A DNA stretch of 32,800 bases from a virus: the UHGV virus genome UHGV-0201141; one strand, given 5' to 3'. Below, in pieces: positions 8,791-19,734 of this stretch; the stretch's first letter is position 1, and the number at the start of each line of letters is the position of its first letter. The translations under genes were made by a program, and so were the position numbers. The notes under the pieces were generated by a model that did not search any database, was not told where the DNA came from, and saw nothing but the letters and a program-made list of their open reading frames with translations.

Positions 8791-8929
8791 TGAATTTCAC
8801 AGCGTATCTCACGCGCATATAAACGAGAGCCTTTCAGTAAGCGAGCCTGAGAAATGCCGTTATAGGTGGCGACCTCTCTCGGGCGGCTTTTCTGTGAGAC
8901 AGGCTCACTTTCTAAAAGGTAAAGACGCC

Positions 8930-9454
8930 ATGAATAATCATTCAGTTATTCCAGCCTTCGACTTCCGAGAAATGGTGCAAGCCAAAAACGGAGAGGTCGT
9001 TACCACATCCAGAAAAATTGCCAAGTACTTCGGCAAGCGACACGGTGATGTTCTCAGGAAAATCGAGCAGGTTAAGGCTGATTGCTCGTGTGAGTTTAGC
9101 CAACGCAATTTTGCGTCGGCTGATTATATCGATGAGCAGGGCAAGGTTCGCCCGATGTACAGCCTGACGAAAGATGGCTGGATCATGGTTGTGATGGGGT
9201 TCACCGGGAAAGCTGCTGCGGCAATCAAGGAGAGCTATATCGCGGCATTCAACTGGATGGCAGAGCAACTGAGCCGCCGCATGGCAATTGGCGAAGAAAT
9301 GCAGCACCGCTACGCCATCAAAGAAACACGCTCAAAGCTGAAAGGTACGATCGGCAGTCGGTTAATGAACGAACGGAAGAAAGAGAAGCGTGTCCTGGCT
9401 GTCGAGCATGAATACATCTTGCAGGTGACGCAGCCCGAATTGCTGATTAATTGA
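8930..9454 (+). CDS. Rha-family phage regulatory protein
   Basis: N-terminal pattern VIPAFDFREMVQ...TTSRKIAKYFGKRHGDVLRKIEQ typical of Rha proteins; ATG at 8930 (track start 8894 is a GTG). Confidence 0.65.
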   Translation: MNNHSVIPAFDFREMVQAKNGEVVTTSRKIAKYFGKRHGDVLRKIEQVKADCSCEFSQRNFASADYIDEQGKVRPMYSLTKDGWIMVVMGFTGKAAAAIKESYIAAFNWMAEQLSRRMAIGEEMQHRYAIKETRSKLKGTIGSRLMNERKKEKRVLAVEHEYILQVTQPELLIN

Positions 9455-9753
9455 AGATGCCATCACAAAGCCCATCTACGGGTGGGCTTGATAATGAAAC
9501 CGGAATTTATTCTAGGTCACCAGTTACGGCAGTACAGCGAAACAACCCAAGCCAGTAAGTGGGGAAATAACACTGGCAGCCACTGAAAGATGAACCTCCT
9601 GCCTTATGGCAAAAAAGATTCTTTGTGGTGGCGGACTGATGGAAAGACATCGGTTATTGCAGAGGCCATTCAATGAATGGTCTCGACAATGGCTTATACC
9701 CTACACGGGATAACTTAACTGATATCCCTTTTAACGGATAAACGGAGCCAACA

Positions 9754-9996
9754 ATGGCAGAGATTATTCCCATGACTGAAGAACAGAAATTCCAGTTAGA
9801 GATTTACAAACTGGTCATGAACCAGAACGCAGCCGCAGAAGAAGCATTTCAATTCATTGGCACTGACGAGCTGAAGCTTGAGCTATTCAAAATTCACTTC
9901 CAGTCAGGCGGCGCTAATTCAGATATCACGACCCGCACTATCGAAGCGGTACGTAAATCGAAGGAAGCGTTAGACCTGTTCACTACCGGAGCATAA
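9754..9996 (+). CDS. Hypothetical protein upstream of terminase
   Basis: 80-aa ORF ending 2 nt before the small terminase start. Confidence 0.45.
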   Translation: MAEIIPMTEEQKFQLEIYKLVMNQNAAAEEAFQFIGTDELKLELFKIHFQSGGANSDITTRTIEAVRKSKEALDLFTTGA

Positions 9997-9998
9997 AC

Positions 9999-10439
9999 AT
10001 GGCGCGCCCAACAAAGTATCAAGAGGCGTATGCCGAACAGGCACGCAAACTGTGCTTGCTGGGCTACACCGATGCAGAACTTGCTGATTTCTTTGAAGTC
10101 AGTGAGTCAACTATTAACAAGTGGAAGCTTGATTATCCTAAGTTTTCGGAGTCCATAAAAAAGGGTAAGGCCGTCGCTGATGCAGAAGTTAGTGATCGTC
10201 TTTATCAACGCGCTATGGGCTTCGTGGCTCCAGACATCGATATTCGTGTTATTGAAAACAGAATTGTCGAAACTCCGCTTGAGAAGTATTACCCGCCTGA
10301 TACAACCGCTGCCATCTTCTGGCTTAAGAATCGACAGAAGGATAAATGGCGCGACAAGGTTGATCACGAGCTAACAGGCAAAGACGGCGGCGCAATCCAG
10401 ATTGAAACATCACCGATGAGCACTCTATTCGGAAAATGA
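9999..10439 (+). CDS. Terminase small subunit
   Basis: 146-aa ORF directly upstream of and overlapping (ATGA) the large terminase; N-terminal HTH-like region. Confidence 0.7.
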   Translation: MARPTKYQEAYAEQARKLCLLGYTDAELADFFEVSESTINKWKLDYPKFSESIKKGKAVADAEVSDRLYQRAMGFVAPDIDIRVIENRIVETPLEKYYPPDTTAAIFWLKNRQKDKWRDKVDHELTGKDGGAIQIETSPMSTLFGK

Positions 10440-11851
10440 CCTCGATTAATCCTATCTTTGAACCGTTCATTGAGGCGCATCGCTACAAAGTCGCCAAAGG
10501 CGGTCGAGGTAGCGGTAAATCATGGGCAATTGCGAGGCTGCTTGTTGAGGCGGCGCGTCGGCAGCCTGTGCGTATTCTCTGCGCTCGTGAACTGCAAAAC
10601 AGTATCAGCGATTCGGTAATCCGGCTGCTTGAAGATACCATCGAGCGTGAAGGGTATTCGGCTGAGTTTGAAATTCAGCGTTCAATGATTCGTCATCTCG
10701 GAACGAATGCTGAATTCATGTTCTACGGCATCAAAAACAACCCGACGAAGATTAAATCGCTCGAAGGTATTGATATCTGCTGGGTGGAAGAAGCGGAAGC
10801 GGTAACGAAGGAATCATGGGATATCCTGATACCAACCATCCGTAAGCCGTTCTCTGAAATATGGGTGAGCTTTAACCCGAAGAACATACTCGACGATACC
10901 TATCAGCGGTTCGTCGTAAATCCTCCCGATGATATTTGCCTGCTGACGGTGAACTACACCGACAACCCGCACTTTCCTGAAGTTCTCCGGCTGGAGATGG
11001 AAGAGTGTAAACGCAGAAACCCGACACTGTATCGTCACATCTGGCTTGGTGAGCCAGTGAGCGCAAGTGATATGGCAATCATCAAACGTGAATGGCTTGA
11101 AGCTGCTACCGATGCGCACAAGAAACTCGGATGGAAAGCGAAAGGCGCGGTTGTTTCTGCGCATGACCCATCAGACACAGGGCCAGATGCTAAAGGTTAC
11201 GCATCGCGTCACGGTTCGGTAGTTAAGCGCATTGCCGAAGGCCTGCTGATGGACATCAACGAGGGCGCTGACTGGGCTACTTCTCTGGCGATTGAAGACG
11301 GCGCTGACCACTACTTGTGGGATGGTGATGGTGTTGGTGCAGGTCTACGCAGACAGACAACGGAAGCGTTCTCCGGTAAGAAAATCACCGCCACGATGTT
11401 CAAGGGCAGCGAATCGCCATTCGATGAGGATGCGCCTTATCAGGCCGGGGCATGGGCTGATGAAGTCGTACAGGGTGACAACGTTCGCACTATTGGTGAT
11501 GTGTTCCGCAATAAGCGAGCGCAATTCTATTACGCGCTGGCTGACAGGCTTTATCTGACATATCGGGCGGTTGTCCACGGTGAGTATGCAGACCCCGACG
11601 ACATGCTGAGTTTCGACAAAGAAGTGATAGGCGAGAAGATGCTGGAGAAGCTGTTTGCAGAACTGACGCAGATTCAGCGCAAATTCAATAATAACGGGAA
11701 GCTGGAGCTTATGACTAAGGTCGAAATGAAGCAGAAGCTCGGTATCCCATCTCCTAACCTGGCTGATGCGCTGATGATGTGTATGCATTGCCCGGAGTCG
11801 GCTGCGCAACCCGACTATTCCAGTTACTCAATTCCTTGTGGTGTAGGTTGA
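10436..11851 (+). CDS. Terminase large subunit
   Basis: Walker A-like KGGRGSGKS near N-terminus; size 471 aa; position before portal. Confidence 0.9.
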   Translation: MTSINPIFEPFIEAHRYKVAKGGRGSGKSWAIARLLVEAARRQPVRILCARELQNSISDSVIRLLEDTIEREGYSAEFEIQRSMIRHLGTNAEFMFYGIKNNPTKIKSLEGIDICWVEEAEAVTKESWDILIPTIRKPFSEIWVSFNPKNILDDTYQRFVVNPPDDICLLTVNYTDNPHFPEVLRLEMEECKRRNPTLYRHIWLGEPVSASDMAIIKREWLEAATDAHKKLGWKAKGAVVSAHDPSDTGPDAKGYASRHGSVVKRIAEGLLMDINEGADWATSLAIEDGADHYLWDGDGVGAGLRRQTTEAFSGKKITATMFKGSESPFDEDAPYQAGAWADEVVQGDNVRTIGDVFRNKRAQFYYALADRLYLTYRAVVHGEYADPDDMLSFDKEVIGEKMLEKLFAELTQIQRKFNNNGKLELMTKVEMKQKLGIPSPNLADALMMCMHCPESAAQPDYSSYSIPCGVG

Positions 11852-11852
11852 T

Positions 11853-14051
11853 ATGGCAGAAAAAAAGATGACTGACTGGCATCGCAAGGTGCTGTGCAAC
11901 TTTGATAATGCCTGGTCAGCAACGCAGGATATGCGTGAGCAGATTATTGAGGCTCAACGTTTCGTCCGGGTATCCGGCGCACAGTGGGAAGGCAGCACAA
12001 ACGCTGGTTACTCATTTGATGAAGGCAGGTTTGAGCATTATCCGCGCTTTGAACTGAATAAGATTGCCCGTGAATGTGATCGCATCATTGGCGAGTATCG
12101 ACAGAATCGCATAAGCGTTAAATTCAGGCCGAAGGACGATAAGGCATCGGAAGCGTTAGCCGAAAAGATGAACGGCAAATTCCGCGCTGACTATCAGGAA
12201 ACATCCGGTGGCGAAGCGTGTGATAACGCATTTGATGATGCCGTAACGGGCGGATTCGGTTGTTTCCGCATGTGTGCCGATTACGAAGATGAAATGGATC
12301 CTAGTAATGAGCAGCGGCGCATCAGCCTTCTTCCTGTTTACGACCCGGCGACATGCGTCTTCTTCGATCAGGACAGCAAGCAATATGACCGCTCTGATGC
12401 TATGTGGGCTATGGAAATGTTCTCCATGACGCCTAAAGCGTTCGAGGCTGAATACCCTGATTCCATCGCGGCAAGCCTTTCTCGTGATGACACTGGTACT
12501 CAGTATGACTGGTCAACGCCCGATGCCATCTATGTTGGACGTTACTACGAAGTCCGCATAGAGAAGGTGAAGCTCACAGCATGGCGTAACCCTGTCAGCG
12601 GAGAAACGGCAATCTATGATGAAGAGCAAATCAAAGATATTGTCGACGAGCTGACCGATGGTGCATTCGAACTGATTGGCGAGCGAACGGTGAAGAAGCG
12701 CCGCGTTTATTGCGGTCTTCTGTCTGGCGCTGAATGGCTGGAAGAACCGAAGCGTATTCCGGGCGAACATATTCCTCTCATCCCGGTATATGGGCGTCGC
12801 TCATTTGTTGATAATCAGGAGCGAATCGAAGGCCACGCAGCAAAAGCGATGGATGCACAGCGTCTTGAGAACCTGATGGTTTCTATGATTGCAGATAACG
12901 CTACTCAGGCTGGCGGTGATGGCATTCCTGTAGTTGATGTTGACATGATTCCTGGTCCTCTCGCCAATCATTGGGCGGAGCGCAACAAAAAGCGCCCGGC
13001 GTTCCTGCCGATGGTAAGTCTGAAAAACAAAAACGGAGATATTACTGCGCAGGCTCAGGTCAGCAGTTATACACCTCCGACACAAATGCCTCCTGCTCTT
13101 GCCGGGTTATTGCAGTACACCGGAACGGCTATTCAGCAAATTACCGGGGCTTCGCAGCTTGAGAACATGCCGAGCAACGTCGCCACCGATACCGTTGATA
13201 GCATCTTTAACCGGATGGACACGCAGTCCTATATCTACATGGACAACATGGCTAAATCCATGCGTCGCGCTGGCGTTGTGTGGCTTTCTATGGCGCGTGA
13301 GGTCTATGGCAGTGATACGCCGATGCGTATCGTGAATGAGGACGGCAGCGATGACGTGGCGCTGATGACTGGTGAAGTGGTTGACCGTCAGACAGGGCAG
13401 GTTATCGCGCTTAACGACCTTTCGCAGGGTAACTATGAAGTGACTGTCGATGTCGGTCAGTCGTTCGCTACTCGCCGTGATGCAACGGTTAAGTCGTTAC
13501 TTTCCATGCTGGCACTTATCCCACCAGGAACGCCGAAGCACGACCTTGTATCGTCGATGATTCTCGACAATATGGACGGCGAAGGGATGGACGACCTGAA
13601 AGAATACAACCGCAATCAGTTGCTTCTGTCTGGCGTTATCAAGCCGAGAACGCCTGAAGAACAGCAAATGGTTGAGCAGGCGAAACAACAACAGGCCAGT
13701 CAGCCAGATCCGGCTATGGTTGCTGCGCAAGGTCAGCTTCTTGCTGGTCAGGCTGAATTGCAGAAAGCGCAGAACGAACAAGCAGCCATTCAGGTTAAAG
13801 CATTCCAGGCACAGACGGATGCTCAGGTTGCTGCGGCAAATGTTGTGAAAATACTCGCATCTGCCGATAGCCAGCAAAAATCTGATATCCGTGAGGCGCT
13901 GAAACTGCTCGGACAGTTCCAGCAACAGCAAGGAGATAATGCCCGTGCTGATGCAGAGCTTGTCCTGAAAAGTCAGGCACAGGGCCATGCGCTGCGCATG
14001 GACATCAGCAGCATCCTGCAAAAATCAACTCAGCAACAACCACAGCAGTAA
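11853..14051 (+). CDS. Portal protein (P22/Sf6-type with long C-terminal helical extension)
   Basis: 732-aa product with Gln/Ala-rich helical C-terminus; sits between terminase and scaffold. Confidence 0.85.
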   Translation: MAEKKMTDWHRKVLCNFDNAWSATQDMREQIIEAQRFVRVSGAQWEGSTNAGYSFDEGRFEHYPRFELNKIARECDRIIGEYRQNRISVKFRPKDDKASEALAEKMNGKFRADYQETSGGEACDNAFDDAVTGGFGCFRMCADYEDEMDPSNEQRRISLLPVYDPATCVFFDQDSKQYDRSDAMWAMEMFSMTPKAFEAEYPDSIAASLSRDDTGTQYDWSTPDAIYVGRYYEVRIEKVKLTAWRNPVSGETAIYDEEQIKDIVDELTDGAFELIGERTVKKRRVYCGLLSGAEWLEEPKRIPGEHIPLIPVYGRRSFVDNQERIEGHAAKAMDAQRLENLMVSMIADNATQAGGDGIPVVDVDMIPGPLANHWAERNKKRPAFLPMVSLKNKNGDITAQAQVSSYTPPTQMPPALAGLLQYTGTAIQQITGASQLENMPSNVATDTVDSIFNRMDTQSYIYMDNMAKSMRRAGVVWLSMAREVYGSDTPMRIVNEDGSDDVALMTGEVVDRQTGQVIALNDLSQGNYEVTVDVGQSFATRRDATVKSLLSMLALIPPGTPKHDLVSSMILDNMDGEGMDDLKEYNRNQLLLSGVIKPRTPEEQQMVEQAKQQQASQPDPAMVAAQGQLLAGQAELQKAQNEQAAIQVKAFQAQTDAQVAAANVVKILASADSQQKSDIREALKLLGQFQQQQGDNARADAELVLKSQAQGHALRMDISSILQKSTQQQPQQ

Positions 14052-14141
14052 TTAACCCATAACGTGCAATGGCTGTCTTTATGAGGCCTGGCACCCTATT
14101 GCCTTCCGATGGGCTGAACATCGAGTAAACAGGGGTAACAA

Positions 14142-15035
14142 ATGGACCAGATGGCAGAAAACACACCAGAAGTTGAAATCGAAACCGACGCGTCAGAGCA
14201 GATTCCTGATGATGTCGAACTGGCTGAAGAAGTCGAAACAGAAGATGGCAGTGAGTCCTCTGGCAATGATGCAGAGGAAGCTACTGAAACTGATGACGAC
14301 GAATCAGAACAGGAATTCTACTTTGGTGACGAAAAGCTGGATTCGCCAACCAGCGAAGATAGCGCAGAGCATGGACTGGTAAAACACCTGCGCAAGACGA
14401 TTAAAGAGAAAGACCGCGAGCTGAAAGAGCTGATGCGTCAGTCTCAGAAACCCGTCGAGCAGCAGCCGGTAATCACTCAACCACCGCGAATGCCAAAACT
14501 GGATGATGAGGACATCGGTTTCGATGAAGAAATCTATCAGCAACGCATGGCTAAGTGGGCAGAGGATAACGGCAAGTACCAGGAGCAAGTACGAGAGCGG
14601 AAACGAGAGGAAGAGGCGCGTACCGCAACGCTTCAGCAGAAAGCAGCCAATTACATGCAGAGAGTAAAAGCACTGAAAGTGGCTGGCTACCAGGATGCAG
14701 AGCAGGCTGTACGCGAAGATGTTCCTGTTCATATTCAGGACATGATCCTTCTTGAGTCAGAGAAGCCGGAAATCGTTGTTCTGGCACTCGGTCGCAACGC
14801 TGAACTGCGCAAGCAACTGGCAGAAGCTACCAACCCCGTAGCAATTGGTCGTCTGCTGGAACGTATCGAATCGAAGGCCAGAATCATGCCAAAAGCAAAA
14901 ACCACGGCAGCCACAACCCCGACAGTTAAGGGGAGCAACGGCGCAGTAATCAACAACCTCGACAAACTGAAAGCCAAGGCGCTGGAAACTGGTGACTGGA
15001 CGCCGTATTTCGCCGCTAAAAAGGCAAAAAAATAA
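14142..15035 (+). CDS. Scaffolding protein
   Basis: 297-aa acidic, helix-rich product between portal and coat genes. Confidence 0.7.
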   Translation: MDQMAENTPEVEIETDASEQIPDDVELAEEVETEDGSESSGNDAEEATETDDDESEQEFYFGDEKLDSPTSEDSAEHGLVKHLRKTIKEKDRELKELMRQSQKPVEQQPVITQPPRMPKLDDEDIGFDEEIYQQRMAKWAEDNGKYQEQVRERKREEEARTATLQQKAANYMQRVKALKVAGYQDAEQAVREDVPVHIQDMILLESEKPEIVVLALGRNAELRKQLAEATNPVAIGRLLERIESKARIMPKAKTTAATTPTVKGSNGAVINNLDKLKAKALETGDWTPYFAAKKAKK

Positions 15036-15053
15036 CCTATCGGAGCATTAAGC

Positions 15054-16307
15054 ATGGCTAACCAATTAGCAAAAGACCTTGAAATCATGTTCGAAAACTA
15101 CGTTGAAGGCTTTGAGGCCGCCTGCGTAGTTTCCCGTAACGCTAAAAAATTCCGTCCCGGTGATACAGCAATGCAGCGAGCAGGTGATGTTCTGTATCGT
15201 CCGCAGCATTACCACATGAACATTGAGGAAGGCCTCGATCTCAGCGGAAAAACGCCAACAGCACTGGTTCAGCGCCTTGTTCCTTCAGTGTTCAAGGAGC
15301 CGAAAAACATTCTGTACACTCTGGATGCGCGTGAAATGCGTGACCCGGAACATAAAACTGAAGCTGGTCGCGCCGCAGGTATGCGCCTTGCTGCACAGAT
15401 TGACTCTGACCTGATTTCCATGGTCACACAGCGTGCTACTAACGTGATCACAATGGCTGACTCAACCACTGGTTCACAGGGCCGTGATTTGTGGAACTGT
15501 GCGGCAGGTATTGATGCCACCATGACGGCGATTGGTGTACCACAGGGTATCAACCGCCGCTCTTTCTGGAACCCCTTCAACTATAAAGACCTTGCTGGCG
15601 AGCTTGGTCACCGTGCCTATGCTCAGGGCGCAACCCTGACAGCATACGAAAAAGCGCAGATCCCTCCGGTTGCTTCCTTTGATAGCTACAAGACCGATAT
15701 TTCTGGTCGTGTTCCGAAGGGTACAGCAACTTCCATTACGCTGGCAGCAGCACCTGCGCACAAGGTTGAAGCGAAAGATGCTAACGATATGCCAGTGGAT
15801 AACCGACAGGGGACCATTACGGTATCTGCTGAAGGTTTGCAGGTTGGCGATGCGTTTACCATCGCAGGGGTGAATTCCGTACACCAGATCACCAAAGATA
15901 CCACCGGGCAGCCGCAGGTATTCCGCGTTCTGGCAGTTAGCGGAACGACAGTAACTATCTCCCCGAAAATTCTGCCGCCTGACAACGCGGATGTCGCCAG
16001 CCGTCCATATGCAAACGTTGATGCTAATGCGGCAAGTAGCGCAGCAATTACCATTCTCAACAAAAATGCCGCACCGGCTAACCTGTTCTGGGCTGATGGT
16101 TCTGTTGAACTGATGTACGGCAAACTGGCGTTCCCGACTGGTCAGGGTCCACAGGTAATGACAGCAACCACCGAGCAGGGCGCTACGCTGATCATGTCTT
16201 ACGCCTTCGACCATATCAAAGGCGTAACCACTGCGCGTTTCACCACTCTGTACGGTTGCTCTGTACTGGTTCCTGAATATACGGGCATCGTTATTGCCGG
16301 GCAGTAA
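15054..16307 (+). CDS. Major coat protein (P22/Sf6-like)
   Basis: 417-aa ORF with strong RBS, followed by a terminator; position and size match a P22-like coat protein. Confidence 0.8.
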   Translation: MANQLAKDLEIMFENYVEGFEAACVVSRNAKKFRPGDTAMQRAGDVLYRPQHYHMNIEEGLDLSGKTPTALVQRLVPSVFKEPKNILYTLDAREMRDPEHKTEAGRAAGMRLAAQIDSDLISMVTQRATNVITMADSTTGSQGRDLWNCAAGIDATMTAIGVPQGINRRSFWNPFNYKDLAGELGHRAYAQGATLTAYEKAQIPPVASFDSYKTDISGRVPKGTATSITLAAAPAHKVEAKDANDMPVDNRQGTITVSAEGLQVGDAFTIAGVNSVHQITKDTTGQPQVFRVLAVSGTTVTISPKILPPDNADVASRPYANVDANAASSAAITILNKNAAPANLFWADGSVELMYGKLAFPTGQGPQVMTATTEQGATLIMSYAFDHIKGVTTARFTTLYGCSVLVPEYTGIVIAGQ

Positions 16308-16313
16308 TTTTAG

Positions 16314-16335
16314 TGGGGCTTCGGCCCCATTTTTA
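16314..16335 (+). terminator. Intrinsic terminator after coat gene (UUCG tetraloop)
   Basis: TGGGGC-TTCG-GCCCCA hairpin followed by TTTTTATT. Confidence 0.75.
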
Positions 16336-16348
16336 TTGGGAGAAGACA

Positions 16349-16537
16349 ATGGCACGAACAATGCTCTATAAGCCGGGCAACATGATCACCTGTGGTCAGT
16401 TTGCTGTCGATTACATCATTGTTGATGACGAAGAAGTTAAATCTCACCTGAAAAAAGGATGGGTAAAAACTCCTGAAGAAACCGCAACGAAGCAAAAAGT
16501 GGCTAAGGCGGAAGAAGATGGCGAAAACGAAGGGTGA
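16349..16537 (+). CDS. Hypothetical small protein between coat and gp4-like genes
   Basis: ATG at 16349 with GGGAGAAG RBS; the track start at 16313 lies inside the terminator hairpin. Confidence 0.45.
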   Translation: MARTMLYKPGNMITCGQFAVDYIIVDDEEVKSHLKKGWVKTPEETATKQKVAKAEEDGENEG

Positions 16538-16979
16538 TCTCGTTCTAAAGGCTTTACGAAAAGCCGGGCTGTATTCCAATGCCACGTTGACAGATGCTGA
16601 CCCTCAGGCAATTGAAGATGCCATTAATGACCTCGAAGACATGATGGCAGCATGGCAGGCTAAAGGTATCGAGCTTGGGTATCAGTTTGCTGATACAGAA
16701 AACGGCATCATGCCGTTACCTGACGATGATTCAGGTATCCCTGCATGGGCAAATGATGGCGTCGCTTTGAAACTCGCTGTGCAAGTGTGCATGGATAACG
16801 TCATTCAGCCGTCAGACGCTCTCCTTACCGCTGCTGACAGTGCATATCAGACAATCTGTATCGCTTTAACCAAAATACCACCACTTGAGCGGCGAAATGA
16901 CATGCCTCGCGGTAGTGGTAACAAAAGCGCGTTTACGTGGAATCGGTTTTACATCGAGAAAGATGATCCGAGTACGTGA
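16518..16979 (+). CDS. Head-to-tail adaptor (P22 gp4-like)
   Basis: N-terminal KTKGDLV.AL.K.G...ATLTD..PQ...DA..DLE.MMA.W pattern as in P22 gp4; gene order. Confidence 0.8.
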   Translation: MAKTKGDLVLKALRKAGLYSNATLTDADPQAIEDAINDLEDMMAAWQAKGIELGYQFADTENGIMPLPDDDSGIPAWANDGVALKLAVQVCMDNVIQPSDALLTAADSAYQTICIALTKIPPLERRNDMPRGSGNKSAFTWNRFYIEKDDPST

Positions 16980-16988
16980 GGTGAATAA

Positions 16989-18407
16989 ATGCCGATTCAG
17001 CAACTTCCGCTTATGAAAGGTGTCGGCAAAGACTTTCGAAACGCCGACTATATCGACTATCTGCCAGTGAATATGTTGGCTACACCCAAAGAAATCCTCA
17101 ACAGCAGCGGATATCTTCGTTCATTCCCGGGCATTGCCAAACGTTCTGATGTGAACGGCGTATCGCGCGGCGTCGAGTACAACATGGCGCAGAGTGCTGT
17201 TTATCGCGTGTGTGGTGGCAAGCTGTACAAAGGAGAAAATGCAGTCGGTGATGTTGCCGGAAGTGGTCGCGTATCAATGGCGCATGGTCGAACATCACAG
17301 GCGGTAGGCGTTAACGGGCAACTGGTCGAATACCGTTATGATGGCACGATTAAAACCGTCTCAAACTGGCCTGCAGACAGCGGGTTTACGCAGTATGAGT
17401 TAGGTTCGGTTCGCGACATTACGCGCTTACGTGGGCGTTATGCGTGGTCAAAAGACGGTACTGATTCATGGTTTATCACTGACCTTGAAGACGAATCGCA
17501 TCCTGACCGTTACAGCGCACAATATCGCGCAGAATCGCAGCCGGACGGCATCATCGGTATCGGCACATGGCGAGACTTCATAGTCTGCTTTGGTTCGTCG
17601 ACGATTGAATATTTCTCCCTGACTGGTGCAACCACAGTTGGTGCTGCTTTGTATGTCGCACAGCCATCACTGATGGTGCAAAAAGGCATCGCCGGGACTT
17701 ACTGCAAAACGCCATTCGCTGATTCTTATGCGTTCATCAGCAATCCGGCAACTGGTGCGCCGTCTGTGTATATCATCGGCTCCGGTCAGGTATCACCAAT
17801 CGCCAGCGCGAGCATTGAGAAAATTCTCCGCTCCTACACTGCTGATGAACTGGCTGATGGCGTGATGGAATCGCTGCGATTTGATGCGCATGAGTTGCTG
17901 ATTATCCACCTTCCGCGCCATGTTCTAGTATACGACGCATCTTCAAGCGCCAATGGTCCGCAATGGTGTGTACTGAAAACAGGCCTGTATGACGATGTGT
18001 ACCGCGCTATCGACTTCATTTACGAAGGCAACCAAATTACGTGCGGCGATAAGCTTGAATCGATGACAGGGAAATTGCAGTTCGATATCAGCAGCCAGTA
18101 CGACAAGCAACAGGAACACCTGCTGTTTACTCCGTTGTTCAAAGCGGATAACGCCAGAGTTTTCGACCTTGAAGTTGAATCGTCAACTGGCGTTGCGCAG
18201 TACGCTGACCGCCTGTTCCTCTCTGCAACCACTGACGGCATAAATTACGGTCGTGAGCAGATGATTGAGCAGAATGAACCGTTCGTTTACGACAAACGCG
18301 TTTTGTGGAAGCGGGTCGGACGCATCAGGAAAAATGTCGGATTCAAATTGCGCGTTATCACGAAGTCACCTGTCACTATTTCTGGCTGCCAGATAAGGAT
18401 TGAGTAA
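16989..18407 (+). CDS. Tail hub protein (P22 gp10-like)
   Basis: 472 aa, same size and position as P22 gp10. Confidence 0.7.
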   Translation: MPIQQLPLMKGVGKDFRNADYIDYLPVNMLATPKEILNSSGYLRSFPGIAKRSDVNGVSRGVEYNMAQSAVYRVCGGKLYKGENAVGDVAGSGRVSMAHGRTSQAVGVNGQLVEYRYDGTIKTVSNWPADSGFTQYELGSVRDITRLRGRYAWSKDGTDSWFITDLEDESHPDRYSAQYRAESQPDGIIGIGTWRDFIVCFGSSTIEYFSLTGATTVGAALYVAQPSLMVQKGIAGTYCKTPFADSYAFISNPATGAPSVYIIGSGQVSPIASASIEKILRSYTADELADGVMESLRFDAHELLIIHLPRHVLVYDASSSANGPQWCVLKTGLYDDVYRAIDFIYEGNQITCGDKLESMTGKLQFDISSQYDKQQEHLLFTPLFKADNARVFDLEVESSTGVAQYADRLFLSATTDGINYGREQMIEQNEPFVYDKRVLWKRVGRIRKNVGFKLRVITKSPVTISGCQIRIE

Positions 18408-19255
18408 TGGCGGATTCATCACTGAATAATCCTGTCGCGGTTCAGGCTACGCGCCTTGATGCTTCAATTTTGCCACGCAATATATTCAGCCAGTCTTACC
18501 TGCTGTATGTCATAAATCAGGGTGCTGATGTTGGTAACGTGGCTAACAAGGCCAACGAGGCCGGACAGGGCGCTTATGATGCACAGGTCAGGAACGATGA
18601 GCAGGATGTGATTCTCGCTGACCATGAGCAGCGAATTTCTGCTGCGGAAGCAACGCTTGTTAATCATGAGGAGCGAATCAGCCAGGCAGAATCAACTCTT
18701 CAGGAACATGAAACACGAATAGCTCAGAATGAAAGCGATATTGCGTCGCTTGATACCAGAGTTCAGTCGCTGGAATCGCAGGTTTCAGACCATGAAACGC
18801 GCATCGATGCTCTGGAGTATGCCACTACTCGCAAGAAGTCAGAGGTTGTTTACTCTGGCGTATCTGTAACCATCCCGACAGCGCCGACCAACCTTGTTAG
18901 CCTGCTGAAAACGCTAACGCCGTCATCCGGCACGTTGGCACCATTCTTCGACACCGTTAACAACAAGATGGTTGTGTTCAACGAGAACAAAACCTTGTTC
19001 TTCAAGCTGTCGATCGTCGGGACGTGGCCCAGCGGAACCGCCAACAGGTCAATGCAGCTAACCTTTTCCGGCTCTGTTCCTGACACACTTGTGAGCAGTC
19101 GTAATGCGGCGACAACAACCGATAACATCCTGTTAGCTACGTTCTTCAGCGTGGATAAAGACGGCTTTCTTGCCACAAATGGCAGCACGTTAACCATTCA
19201 GTCAAATGGTGCGGCGTTTACTGCCACAACCATCAAAATCATTGCGGAGCAGTGA
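18407..19255 (+). CDS. Tail needle (P22 gp26-like) with C-terminal knob domain
   Basis: N-terminal region then heptad-repeat coiled coil ([39 protein letters not shown]), then a ~120-aa non-helical C-terminal domain. Confidence 0.8.
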   Translation: MADSSLNNPVAVQATRLDASILPRNIFSQSYLLYVINQGADVGNVANKANEAGQGAYDAQVRNDEQDVILADHEQRISAAEATLVNHEERISQAESTLQEHETRIAQNESDIASLDTRVQSLESQVSDHETRIDALEYATTRKKSEVVYSGVSVTIPTAPTNLVSLLKTLTPSSGTLAPFFDTVNNKMVVFNENKTLFFKLSIVGTWPSGTANRSMQLTFSGSVPDTLVSSRNAATTTDNILLATFFSVDKDGFLATNGSTLTIQSNGAAFTATTIKIIAEQ

Positions 19256-19734
19256 TGGAAATAAAGCTCATCGATAATCCGGTGAAGCTTGCAGAATTCC
19301 TCAACAACCCGGCAAACACGGGAAATATCGTAGACATTGGAGATAAATACTACATCAAGACTGATGCGGTATACCTCGGCATCTACGAAGGATTAGTGCT
19401 GGCTGGCGTTCATGAAGTGCGTAACTTCTGGCATAGCGTTGTTGAATGCCATGCGGTGTACGACCCCGGATTCCGTGGTGAATATGCACTGCAAGGGCAT
19501 CGATTATTCTGCAAATGGCTTCTCGAAAACTCACCATTCCTTAACAGCATCACTATGGTTCCTGACACAACGAAATACGGACGGGCAATTATCCGTTTGC
19601 TTGGCGCTACCCGTGTTGGTCACCTTGATGATGCTTATACAAGCAATGGAAAGCCTGTAGGCATCACGATTTATCAGTTACCGCGCTCAAAATACGAGGA
19701 GCTAAAGAATGTTAATTTTCCAGATTGCCAATAA
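19252..19734 (+). CDS. P22 gp14-like protein (assignment by position)
   Basis: 160-aa ORF between needle and ejection-protein genes; no recognisable motif. Confidence 0.5.
   Translation: MMEIKLIDNPVKLAEFLNNPANTGNIVDIGDKYYIKTDAVYLGIYEGLVLAGVHEVRNFWHSVVECHAVYDPGFRGEYALQGHRLFCKWLLENSPFLNSITMVPDTTKYGRAIIRLLGATRVGHLDDAYTSNGKPVGITIYQLPRSKYEELKNVNFPDCQ

Noticed and set aside
8781-8793. Sequence TTTTTTATATCTG resembling the tail of lambda tR'
   Set aside because: Too short to infer homology; it is simply the T-run of the local terminator.
13497-14021. 174-aa ORF antisense to the portal gene
   Set aside because: Shadow ORF with Leu/Arg-rich composition typical of antisense frames.
15474-16361. 295-aa ORF antisense to the coat gene
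   Set aside because: Shadow ORF; Cys/Arg-rich composition and no start context.
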